A stretch of 64,000 nt of DNA, taken from a virus. The stretch is from the IMG/VR virus record IMGVR_UViG_3300005683_000019, positions 65,622 to 129,621 of that record. The stretch is one strand, 5' to 3'. The notes beneath the pieces were generated by a model. It was not told the DNA's origin and did not search any database. It saw only the letters and a program-made list of their open reading frames with translations. Shown here in pieces: positions 8,333-16,379 of this stretch. The position numbers were made by a program, and so were the translations under genes. Position 1 is the first letter of the stretch. Each line of letters begins with the position of its first letter.

Positions 8333-9076
8333 ATGAAGGTTCGTTTATTTATGTCTAAATCGTATGAATATGTAAAAAATTGGCGCAAGAGAGTAAAAAC
8401 AATAATAATAGCCTCAATGGGAGGGTCATGCCAGATTTGTCTTTATGCAAAGACTCCAAATGCGTTAGAACTGCACCACATAGATCCTACTAAAAAAGAA
8501 ATATCGTTTAGTTCTAAAACTATTTCATGGAATTCTATGTGTGATGAATTACCAAAATGTATTTTATTATGCGCAAATTGTCACAGAGAAGTCCATGCGG
8601 GAATTGCGGATATTCCGACTGAATATCATGAATTTGATATATCTATTGCAAATACACTAAAACAGGAAATGCTTAACTTCTCTAAAAATAAAAAAATTCC
8701 TCGTTCAAAGTCAGAAATTAAAATGTGCATACAGGAACGTAGGAATTCATTATTAAATAATCCGATAGATTTTTCAAAAAAGGGGTGGCTTGTTGAATTA
8801 TCAAATCTTTGGGGTATACAACCCTCTTCTGCAAAGAAATGGCTTAAAATTCATTATAATGATGTATTTTGCGATGAATTATCAGTGTATAATGACAGAA
8901 AATCTGTTATACACGCCAGCGACATAGCTTTCCACGAGAGAGGCTGGTCAGTTAAACTAGGTAAATTACTAGGAATCTCTCCCGCAAAAGCCGCCATGTG
9001 GATGCGAAAAAATATGCCGGATTTTTATTATTCTGATAACGTTATTAAACATAAAAACAAACTCAAAACACATTGA
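8333..9076 (+). CDS. HNH homing endonuclease
   Basis: CQIC...LELHHIDP...CILLCANCHREVH; C-terminal helical repeats. Confidence 0.85.
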   Translation: MKVRLFMSKSYEYVKNWRKRVKTIIIASMGGSCQICLYAKTPNALELHHIDPTKKEISFSSKTISWNSMCDELPKCILLCANCHREVHAGIADIPTEYHEFDISIANTLKQEMLNFSKNKKIPRSKSEIKMCIQERRNSLLNNPIDFSKKGWLVELSNLWGIQPSSAKKWLKIHYNDVFCDELSVYNDRKSVIHASDIAFHERGWSVKLGKLLGISPAKAAMWMRKNMPDFYYSDNVIKHKNKLKTH

Positions 9077-9091
9077 CACTCTGACTTTACC

Positions 9092-9146
9092 CTGATAAGG
9101 TGTGGCGGAAACGCTAAGGTGAGTTCGAGTCTCACGGCTACCACCA
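9092..9146 (+). tRNA. 3' half of split tRNA (long variable arm)
   Basis: CTGATAA GGTGT GGCG-GAAA-CGCT AAG GTGAG TTCGAGT CTCAC GGCTACC A CCA; no local 5' half. Confidence 0.75.
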
Positions 9147-9175
9147 TAAACTTCAAACATTAAGAGATTATACAT

Positions 9176-9499
9176 ATGAATTTCATTGTTGCTATTTTGA
9201 TGTTTTTGTTCATTGCACTGCCACTTTCTTTCTATAACGGTGTTGTAATTGCGGACGCTTGGAATTGGTTTATCAAAGACTATTTCAATTTGAACACCAT
9301 TTCCAGCTTGCAGGCTTGGGGACTTTTTTTGTGCGCTGGATGCTTCAGAATCTATAAGAGCTTATCCGATGCATTAAATAATCAAACTGCAGATGGTAGG
9401 GATACGCTGGAGAATGCATTTATCCTACAACTTTCATATGCTTTTTCGCTTGTACTCGCGCATGTATGTCTTTGGTTCATTCATACTCTTTTCTTTTAA
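9176..9499 (+). CDS. Membrane protein
   Basis: Three hydrophobic segments. Confidence 0.65.
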   Translation: MNFIVAILMFLFIALPLSFYNGVVIADAWNWFIKDYFNLNTISSLQAWGLFLCAGCFRIYKSLSDALNNQTADGRDTLENAFILQLSYAFSLVLAHVCLWFIHTLFF

Positions 9500-9503
9500 T
9501 AAT

Positions 9504-9677
9504 ATGAGCAGATCATTTAATAATAGAAAAACTCGACGTGACGATTATTGGTCTAGGCGCGGTGAAGGAATCAATCCGAGTATTCCGGGTAAATTCACAA
9601 AAAGGCGCACTTCTAAGAAAGAGCGCGCGTCACAGAAGAAAGAAACGCGCGATATTGGATTCGCTGACAATGACTAA
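9504..9677 (+). CDS. Small highly basic protein, 57 aa
   Basis: MSRSFNNRKTRRDDYWSRRG...KRRTSKKER. Confidence 0.6.
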   Translation: MSRSFNNRKTRRDDYWSRRGEGINPSIPGKFTKRRTSKKERASQKKETRDIGFADND

Positions 9678-9975
9678 CTATTATGAATGTCACATTACCT
9701 TAATCGGTGAAGAATCGACCATTCGACCTAAAGTGGAAGAAATCGGCTGGATTTTCTCTTGCATTAGAGATGATATTTGTCTGGGCGAAGGTATTAAGTG
9801 TTATGCGACTATGCACTATTCCGTTAGTCGGTACTCGTTCGAAAAGGTCGTAGATCTATTAGAAGAATTTGCGGATCAACTTAGAGCACAGGCTTGCAAT
9901 GTGATTCGCACTAAGGTAGAGTTAGTTCTGTACGACTCACGTCAAAAAGATTGCAGAGAGAGAATCAAACTGTGA
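9670..9975 (+). CDS. Hypothetical protein
   Basis: MTNYYECHITL start overlapping previous stop. Confidence 0.65.
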   Translation: MTNYYECHITLIGEESTIRPKVEEIGWIFSCIRDDICLGEGIKCYATMHYSVSRYSFEKVVDLLEEFADQLRAQACNVIRTKVELVLYDSRQKDCRERIKL

Positions 9976-10364
9976 ATAAAAATTACAGAGTCACTTGCGA
10001 TATTAATGGTTATATGCATGAAGTTCGCATTTTTAAAGATGACGTCATTCTTGACGCAAATGTGAACGTCTTAGACGGTAAGAAATATGTCTATGGCAGA
10101 TCAAGAAACCAGTGTGCATGGGTGTATGTTCCATTCGCGCTTTGTGTTGAAGTGAAAAAAGGGAAAGAAGTGGAAGAAGTTCTGTATACTGTGATTTACG
10201 ATGATGAGGTATTCGCATCTGGCATAAAAAAGAGCGGACTCAAGAAAACAATTGAAAAGTTATACGATAATTACGACGACACCGACTATGATCTGATTAA
10301 GATTCTGCAAGAAACTAACATTAAAGTAGAAGTTGTTAAGACAATTAAAATTGTTGGTCTGTGA
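9972..10364 (+). CDS. Hypothetical protein
   Basis: GTG start coupled to upstream stop. Confidence 0.6.
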   Translation: MNKNYRVTCDINGYMHEVRIFKDDVILDANVNVLDGKKYVYGRSRNQCAWVYVPFALCVEVKKGKEVEEVLYTVIYDDEVFASGIKKSGLKKTIEKLYDNYDDTDYDLIKILQETNIKVEVVKTIKIVGL

Positions 10365-10467
10365 CACTTGACAAGCAAGTTGCAACCACCTATCATGGTT
10401 AAAGATAGCGGAGTGATTCAACGATAAGGTGGACATAGGGGCTCACGAATCAAAAGAAAAAAGACGC

Positions 10468-10496
10468 TTGACAAGAAAAAATGAAGTAGGTAAGAT
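10468..10496 (+). promoter_or_regulatory. Sigma70 promoter of the giant ncRNA
   Basis: TTGACA-17bp-TAAGAT. Confidence 0.75.
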
Positions 10497-10502
10497 ACAC
10501 AC

Positions 10503-11417
10503 CATGCAAGACGGGAACCACTGACGAGATCTCCCGAAAAATGATCGAAAGCTCTACACTAAATAGAGCTATGGTTTAGCACTCTAGGGACGAAAGGAAC
10601 TAGTGACCGGATAGAGTATCGCGAGATGCTTAAAGATTGGCAGCCTCCCTAGCCAATCACCAGAAATGGCCCATCTAAACAATGGTACATATCTCCACTG
10701 GAAACAGTGGTCTGATCTAAAAAATCAGATAGATTGAAGATGTAGTGGGACAGACAGAATATCTGGCTAACTGTGGGATATCTGTAGCTCCGCAAGAGTC
10801 TACCACATGCAAATACATTGAAAATCGAAGATGAATACCAAGGTATGAGGTTCGAGCTTTAGCGGGCAAGGGCGCATACGAAGATGTATAAGGTTATGGA
10901 AGCTTTGTGCACCATAAAGGTATACAACAGTGTGAGTAGTCTTAGCGGATGAAAGTACAGGAGGCGTGTGGTATATCGTATAATAAAGTTATACGATGTC
11001 ACGGTGACACGCGTCTTAGGAGGTTACAACTTGGCCTATTGGTTGGGCATTAGTCTTTTAACACTAACGTAAGGTGGTTCGACTCCATCAGTTCATAAAA
11101 ACGCAAAGTTGTCACCGGCTGTAATTGAAAATAGCGTAACACTTGACACTTCGGTGAATCAAGTCAATATAAAGCTCGCAAAGCGATATATTGTTCAAGG
11201 AAAGTTGCACGTAAGGGGTAGCTCCCTGTACTGCTCGCAAGGTAGGCGGTAGACGGAACTTGGAATAGATTACAGTGACACTAGAATTGCCACTAGTATA
11301 AAAAGGCCGCTATGGTTGATACTTCCAAGGTGGAAGTGGATAAGGGAAGAACTTTAAGATTAAGCACCTTAGAGATAATGTCCCGAAAGGCAACCGCATC
11401 ATGCTCTAATCTCAGGC
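10503..11417 (+). ncRNA. Giant structured ncRNA, GOLLD-like
   Basis: About 915 nt without ORF, many hairpins with GNRA/GCAA loops, own promoter, tRNA-cluster context; GTGAGTAGTC, GCTCGCAA, GGGTAGCTCC and terminal TAATCTCAG match my recollection of GOLLD (no covariance search run). Confidence 0.65.
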
Positions 11418-11548
11418 TTGACTAATAGATTTCTTAATGTTGCCAAGGATATGTTTCATACGATTCCTTTTGAGTTCTCCTTGTTATAGCACGCCATTCT
11501 TGGCAACATTAAGAAATTTAGATTGACACAAACACTAAATAGATTTAA

Positions 11549-11623
11549 CGGTCTTTGGGTCATTGGTTGACCACCAGTTTTGGGTACTGGATTAAGTGTG
11601 TTCGATTCACACAGGACCGACCA
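11549..11623 (+). tRNA. tRNA-Pro(TGG)
   Basis: CCAGT-TTTGGGT-ACTGG, CGGTCTT/AGGACCG, CCA. Confidence 0.9.
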
Positions 11624-11655
11624 AACATAAATATAGATATTATGGGGGAACCAAA

Positions 11656-12168
11656 ATGTCTATAACTTGGAAAGAAATTGACTTGTTTGATAAGCTTTAC
11701 TCTGTCTCGGACACAGGCTTATTAAGAAATAATAAAACGAATAAAATTCTGAAGCAAACAATACATAAAACTGGTTATTATTGTGTAACAGTAAAACCAT
11801 ATGGTAGAAACGGTAAGCAAAAATGTTTTAGAGTGCATAGAGAGGTCGCTCTAGCATTCCTTCCGAAAAGCGAAGAACATACCCAAGTTAACCACAAAGA
11901 TGGAAACAAAACGAACAATCATGTATCCAATTTAGAATGGTGTACGGGCAGTGAAAACATCTTGCATGCCATTAAAACTGGATTAATGAAAGTTCGTAGG
12001 GGTTCAGATGTTAGATGTTCAAAACTAAATGTAGAACTAATTAAAAAAATTAGACAAGAGTATAAAGAAACAAAAATAACACTAAGAGAATTAGGTAAAA
12101 AATACGGTGTAGCTCACAACACATTGTGTAATGCAATAAATAAAGTAAATTGGAAAAATGTAGAATAA
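11656..12168 (+). CDS. NUMOD4-HNH homing endonuclease
   Basis: WKEID...YSVSDTGLLR; VHREVALAF...VNHKDGNKTNNHVSNLEW; C-terminal HTH. Confidence 0.9.
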   Translation: MSITWKEIDLFDKLYSVSDTGLLRNNKTNKILKQTIHKTGYYCVTVKPYGRNGKQKCFRVHREVALAFLPKSEEHTQVNHKDGNKTNNHVSNLEWCTGSENILHAIKTGLMKVRRGSDVRCSKLNVELIKKIRQEYKETKITLRELGKKYGVAHNTLCNAINKVNWKNVE

Positions 12169-12252
12169 GTTTTCTAGCCGCTGTCTTTGGATTATCTTAA
12201 TATTATCAAAGAAAAAAAGCCAAGACGTTTTTTGCTAGATTATAAAATAAGT

Positions 12253-12327
12253 GGCTAGGTGGCAGACCGGCGATGCAAACGACTGCAACTCGTTAACAAG
12301 TGGGTTCAATTCCTACTCTAGCCTCCA
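12253..12327 (+). tRNA. tRNA-Cys(GCA)
   Basis: AACGA-CTGCAAC-TCGTT, U73, CCA. Confidence 0.9.
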
Positions 12328-12332
12328 AAATC

Positions 12333-12423
12333 GGAAGAATGGGTGAGCGGCTTAAACCATCATCTTGGAAAGGTGAAGCTCTCTCGCAGAGAGCCGTGAG
12401 TTCGAATCTCACTTCTTCCTCCA
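12333..12423 (+). tRNA. tRNA-Ser(GGA)
   Basis: TCATC-TTGGAAA-GGTGA, long variable arm, T-CCA. Confidence 0.9.
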
Positions 12424-12454
12424 GTTACAGGTAATCAACCGTAGTTATAGGGTT

Positions 12455-12534
12455 ATCGCATTGGAAGCGCTGTGTCCTTGGTTCGAATCCAAGTCACCCG
12501 AAAATGACGGGTGGTACGCCAGTTGGTAGAGCGG
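12455..12534 (+). other. Permuted-order tRNA-Pro(TGG) halves or two remnants
   Basis: Anticodon arm, T-arm and TCACCCG come first; after AAAATGA come CGGGTGG and the D-arm. Confidence 0.5.
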
Positions 12535-12581
12535 GTAAAATATCCTTGACATTTTTGTTGATTAGTTGTATTCTAAATAGT

Positions 12582-12670
12582 GGAAGGTGAAGCTGCAAGG
12601 TGTGGCCACTGTCTTGAAAACAGATGGAGCCAGAGATGGCTTGGATTTCGAGTATACCCGCCTTCCTCCA
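12582..12670 (+). tRNA. Atypical tRNA-Ser(TGA), 8/4 type
   Basis: Loop CT-TGA-AA; 8-bp acceptor GGAAGGTG/CGCCTTCC; 4-bp T-stem with bulged A; preceded by TTGACA-17-TATTCT. Confidence 0.75.
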
Positions 12671-12685
12671 ATTTTAGAGAACATC

Positions 12686-12997
12686 ATGAAAACATTCCTA
12701 TTCGCAATATTCTTAACCTTCTTAACCTTCTTAACATTATCTCCAGCAATGCCTGGAGATTTTTCTATTTCTTACTATGATAATGGGACTCATCTGTCAT
12801 ATAGACAGCGCCATAGTGCGTATGTAGAATGGCAACTTGAAATGCACCGACGAGATAGAGCGCATAGTTACAATAGGGACCGATATTACTTCGACTACAG
12901 ACGTTACCAATTTAGACAAAGAAACTTCTGTAATTGGGTCTGGGTAAAAGACCAATATGGTGAATGGTATAGAATTTGTTATAAGGGATTCAGATGA
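12686..12997 (+). CDS. Secreted Arg/Tyr-rich protein
   Basis: Signal-peptide-like MKTFLFAIFLTFLTFLTLSPA. Confidence 0.65.
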   Translation: MKTFLFAIFLTFLTFLTLSPAMPGDFSISYYDNGTHLSYRQRHSAYVEWQLEMHRRDRAHSYNRDRYYFDYRRYQFRQRNFCNWVWVKDQYGEWYRICYKGFR

Positions 12998-13152
12998 ACG
13001 ATACAACAAAAGAAATGGTGGACGCGCTTGCGCGTGCTCTTTCCGAGTCATTTCAACAATACTCTGATGATACGGGAATCCCACTTCATTTAGTAATAAA
13101 TGACTTCAATAAAGGTTTGCGCATTGGTCCAGAAGTGGAAATAAATGAATGA
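12994..13152 (+). CDS. Small hypothetical protein, 52 aa
   Basis: Hand translation; overlaps neighbours at ATGA junctions. Confidence 0.55.
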   Translation: MNDTTKEMVDALARALSESFQQYSDDTGIPLHLVINDFNKGLRIGPEVEINE

Positions 13153-13403
13153 AAACAATAACTTACGCAATCATGTGCCTTTTCCTATCCGCTTGTATAA
13201 GCGACTATACAGAAGTTGATGGGTGGGTGGTAAATAGTTCGTATGATTTCTGTTCTACGCGCGGCGGCGTGACTCAATTGCGCACTAATGGTAGTGCGGT
13301 AGGTCCATTGGGCGGATATCAAGAAGCACATGAGGTAGTTTGCGCGAACGGAGAAACATTTTTACTCTTTAATAAACGTGTTAAATTAGCGGAGAAGATG
13401 TGA
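13149..13403 (+). CDS. Putative lipoprotein
   Basis: Lipobox-like LSAC after hydrophobic leader. Confidence 0.6.
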   Translation: MKTITYAIMCLFLSACISDYTEVDGWVVNSSYDFCSTRGGVTQLRTNGSAVGPLGGYQEAHEVVCANGETFLLFNKRVKLAEKM

Positions 13404-13774
13404 TGTTCAAAATTATTACTGCAATCCTTGTTATTATATCTCTGATTGGATGGGCTACATATCCGAACCATTTCGATGGTTATGAAACCAAAGAAGTCAA
13501 AGTTCTAGAAAAGTATGGACAACTTGATGTGACTAAGCGCAATCTACACACTGATTTTATTATAGTTTACAGTGTTGACTCATCGAATCTTATTCATTCA
13601 ACTAAAGTATCTCCAGCGACATTTTATGTAGCAAAAATCGGTGAGAAAATCAATCTACAGGTTCCAATAGCCAAAAATAATTGGGAAATATTCTTTCTTA
13701 TCAATGATTTTATTCTAATAATGGGCCTGTTAGCATATGGTATAGTCATATTTTTTGAACAGCTCGTGTCCTAA
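13400..13774 (+). CDS. Membrane protein
   Basis: N- and C-terminal TM helices. Confidence 0.65.
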   Translation: MMFKIITAILVIISLIGWATYPNHFDGYETKEVKVLEKYGQLDVTKRNLHTDFIIVYSVDSSNLIHSTKVSPATFYVAKIGEKINLQVPIAKNNWEIFFLINDFILIMGLLAYGIVIFFEQLVS

Positions 13775-13807
13775 TGAGGTCAGAAATGGAAATTTTAGCA
13801 GATCCTG

Positions 13808-13846
13808 TTGACAAACCAAAAAATAGTGTGTAGACTTCACATAAAT
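13808..13846 (+). promoter_or_regulatory. Sigma70 promoter plus CATAAATA box
   Basis: TTGACA-17bp-TAGACT then CATAAATA, before tRNA-Arg. Confidence 0.7.
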
Positions 13847-13854
13847 ACAAACAT

Positions 13855-13930
13855 ATGCCTGTAATTTCAATGGAAGAATCAATTGCTACGAACAATTGAC
13901 GTGCGGGTTCGACTCCTGTCAGGCATGCCA
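13855..13930 (+). tRNA. tRNA-Arg(ACG)
   Basis: AATTG-CTACGAA-CAATT, G-CCA. Confidence 0.9.
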
Positions 13931-13938
13931 AAAATTAT

Positions 13939-14020
13939 AGCGTCTGAGACATATGGCTGAGTCAGCATCCTTTGAAGTTGTGGGGGAAACCCTTACTAGG
14001 TTCGAATCCTAGAGACGCTG
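13939..14020 (+). tRNA. tRNA with Gln anticodon (TTG) and long variable arm
   Basis: AGCGTCT/AGACGCT-G, loop CT-TTG-AA, GGGG-GAAA-CCCT arm; no encoded CCA. Confidence 0.7.
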
Positions 14021-14698
14021 GAAAGTTCGTTGAAAAGCGCCGGATAATATTTCCGGCGCATATGTTTTTAACCATTTATTTATTTTCTGTGGTTTCTTAT
14101 TCAATAGAATTGATAATTCTGTCACCCATCCATATTTCGAAAAATCAATATTACAATTCTTTAAAAGCTCTAAATCTTTTCTTACTTTTTCTGTCAATCT
14201 TCCTTTTTTTAAGTTAGAAACAAACCATTGTACTTTTTCGGGTTTCTTCTTATAGCTATTTTTTCCACAAAATGTTGTTGTCTGTGCATGACAATTTCTG
14301 CATAGCAATCTTAAGTTTTCTAAACGGTGATCCGTTGGTATACCATTAATATGATCTAAATCTAACGGAATCGGTAAATCATTCCATTGTGACAATTGGC
14401 ACCTTTGACATCTATGTTCAAAAATACCCTCTTTTATTAGTCTCACTCTTAGATGGGATGTCGAATATAAAGGATGTTTACCTATCAAAATATCTTTAAT
14501 ATCTATAGGCGCTGACTGATTTATATTAGTATCTACTTGGAAATGAGATATATCTATATCATATAATTTTATATAATAATTCAAGATTTTATATGAATAA
14601 CTACTTTTTGGGTGCATATTTAAAAGCTTGAAACATTCAATTTTGGATTTACTTGTTTTTACTACATTTTGTAACACGTCTTTTTCTATTTGATTCAT
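14009..14698 (-). CDS. HNH homing endonuclease
   Basis: CQRC...LDLDHINGIPTDHRLENLRLLCRNCH; start moved to MNQIEK (AGAAGG RBS, CATAAATA upstream). Confidence 0.85.
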   Translation of the reverse strand: MNQIEKDVLQNVVKTSKSKIECFKLLNMHPKSSYSYKILNYYIKLYDIDISHFQVDTNINQSAPIDIKDILIGKHPLYSTSHLRVRLIKEGIFEHRCQRCQLSQWNDLPIPLDLDHINGIPTDHRLENLRLLCRNCHAQTTTFCGKNSYKKKPEKVQWFVSNLKKGRLTEKVRKDLELLKNCNIDFSKYGWVTELSILLNKKPQKINKWLKTYAPEILSGAFQRTFQRL

Positions 14699-14819
14699 TG
14701 GAACCTTCTGTAATTTATAGATGTATTTATGCGCTTGGTTCCATTTTGTACTTGACATATGGATCAGAGTAACGTAGAGTGTCGCAAATGCCAAACAATT
14801 AGCTAAACGGGTGAAAAAT

Positions 14820-15056
14820 ATGCCAACCGAAATGGATCTAGTATCATGGTCTAAAATGATCGGAAAGACGGTTTCAAAGCGCAGAGCTTCTGCAGGCAGA
14901 GAACCGAAACCCTTCAAATCTGGCTTTAAGGTTAACACTGTCAAAGGTTTGATTTTTCACCCACAATTAAATGTGCCCGCATTTACATTTGAAGAAGACG
15001 ATTCATATGTAGAGTGTCGCAAATGTATATTGATTGATTTGGAGAATTGTAAATGA
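14820..15056 (+). CDS. Hypothetical protein
   Basis: ORF ending in coupled stop/start. Confidence 0.6.
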   Translation: MPTEMDLVSWSKMIGKTVSKRRASAGREPKPFKSGFKVNTVKGLIFHPQLNVPAFTFEEDDSYVECRKCILIDLENCK

Positions 15057-15175
15057 AATACTTAGCTATTGTTGGAGTTTGGGCCACAGTTGTTGCAATT
15101 GCATATATTGCTCCACACACAATAGGTTCGGCATTGATTTGCGCTTTAATTGCAACATTTGTTATAGCGGAATAA
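15053..15175 (+). CDS. Small membrane peptide, 40 aa
   Basis: GGAG RBS; MKYLAIVGVWATVVAIAYIAPHTIGSALICALIATFVIAE. Confidence 0.55.
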   Translation: MKYLAIVGVWATVVAIAYIAPHTIGSALICALIATFVIAE

Positions 15176-15298
15176 ACTGCTATGGATCGATAGTTCACAA
15201 GTGTAAAGGCTATGCATTTTTGAACTCCAAATTCAAAGGACGGGGATCGTTACCTCGGCGGTCTGCCAAACAAGGTTCAAATCCTCGATGGCCTGCCA
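15174..15298 (+). tRNA. Atypical tRNA-Trp(CCA) with enlarged D region and a second 3' end
   Basis: TTGAA-CTCCAAA-TTCAA; T-arm CGGGG-ATCGTTA-CCTCG; G-CCA at 15268, second T-loop and G-CCA at 15298. Confidence 0.55.
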
Positions 15299-15454
15299 AA
15301 AAATATGCATTTAATTATAGGATTAGTAATTTTATTGATTCCAATACTGATACCATTGACTTTGTTCTTGGCCTTCAGTATAGTTGCCACATTCTTTATG
15401 GCACCATCATTAATATTACTAATAATGATCTTCATAATTGTATTAAAGGAATAA

Positions 15455-15594
15455 GTCTCTTTGGCCGAGTGGTCTATGGCAGCAGGCTGTGGGTGTAGAG
15501 TTATAGGCTCTTTTCAGTTCAAATCTGAAATCACCAAAAGTAACCTGCCGTTGCGAAAGCACAATCGTTGGTTCGAATCCAACAGGGGACTCCA
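15455..15594 (+). tRNA. His-like tRNA (GTG) with 50-nt anticodon-loop intron and long variable arm
   Basis: GTCTCTT/AGGGGAC-T-CCA, D-arm GCCG/TGGC, stem GCAGG/CCTGC interrupted at 15493-15542. Confidence 0.75.
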
Positions 15595-15612
15595 ATTTAT
15601 CAGGATAATATA

Positions 15613-15957
15613 ATGTTAACTCTGCATACAAATGGTCATGGACTTTGGTCTAACGAGGCTAAGAGTGTAGAAATCGTAGAGATCGAATTGCTCTGGCATA
15701 GCGAATGTATACCAGAACTTAGAGTATATTTTGACGCTGATTCTTGGGACGTGGAAGAAGACGGACTGATCTATACAGATCCACTATTCGAAACCGAATT
15801 GCAAGAATTTTTACATGATTGTGGTTTTGAAGACGTAAAAAGTGTTAATGGATCTGAACAAGGCATGCAGGGACGCTATTATGTATCACTTGATACATCT
15901 GAAGCCTTTGCAGAAAGCTATGATCAGAGTACAGTCGATCAACGAATGAAGTGGTAA
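15613..15957 (+). CDS. Hypothetical acidic protein
   Basis: AGGA RBS; upstream ORF extension overlaps tRNA. Confidence 0.7.
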   Translation: MLTLHTNGHGLWSNEAKSVEIVEIELLWHSECIPELRVYFDADSWDVEEDGLIYTDPLFETELQEFLHDCGFEDVKSVNGSEQGMQGRYYVSLDTSEAFAESYDQSTVDQRMKW

Positions 15958-16013
15958 GAGCGCGGGCGGTATCATCAATTCAGAATGTGGGAACTATTCT
16001 TTAGAGATTAAAT

Positions 16014-16334
16014 ATGGCTAAGAAAGCAAAAACAGACGTCGAAACATTTTTAGAAGACGTCTTACATGCAGAAAAGGTTTCTCCAATTTATAGAAACGAA
16101 TTTAGCAAAAATAGTTATATTATTGGCTGCGCGCCACTATATGATGTTAGAGTTGTACCTAAAAACACTGTATATGATACGATTGTGTCTATGCTCGAAG
16201 AAGCATATAATCGCGGTAAAAATGATGGTGTAATCCAAGGCGAAATGTACTTACAAAAGAAATTAAGAGGACTCTTAGGGTTATCTGAAACCAGAACGGA
16301 CGGACACAGCAGAACTGTAGTAATTGATGATTGA
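16014..16334 (+). CDS. Hypothetical protein
   Basis: 106-aa ORF. Confidence 0.65.
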   Translation: MAKKAKTDVETFLEDVLHAEKVSPIYRNEFSKNSYIIGCAPLYDVRVVPKNTVYDTIVSMLEEAYNRGKNDGVIQGEMYLQKKLRGLLGLSETRTDGHSRTVVIDD

Positions 16335-16370
16335 CACGCCGAAAAAACTGATGTAGACTTCGCATAAATA
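16331..16370 (+). promoter_or_regulatory. Sigma70 promoter plus CATAAATA box
   Basis: TTGACA-17bp-TAGACT then CATAAATA. Confidence 0.7.
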
Positions 16371-16379
16371 GAAACATAC

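Noticed and set aside
8209-9094. Group I intron with HEG in a loop
   Set aside because: The U/G boundary rule can be met, but the interval is filled by a tRNA and an ORF with no room for a ribozyme core
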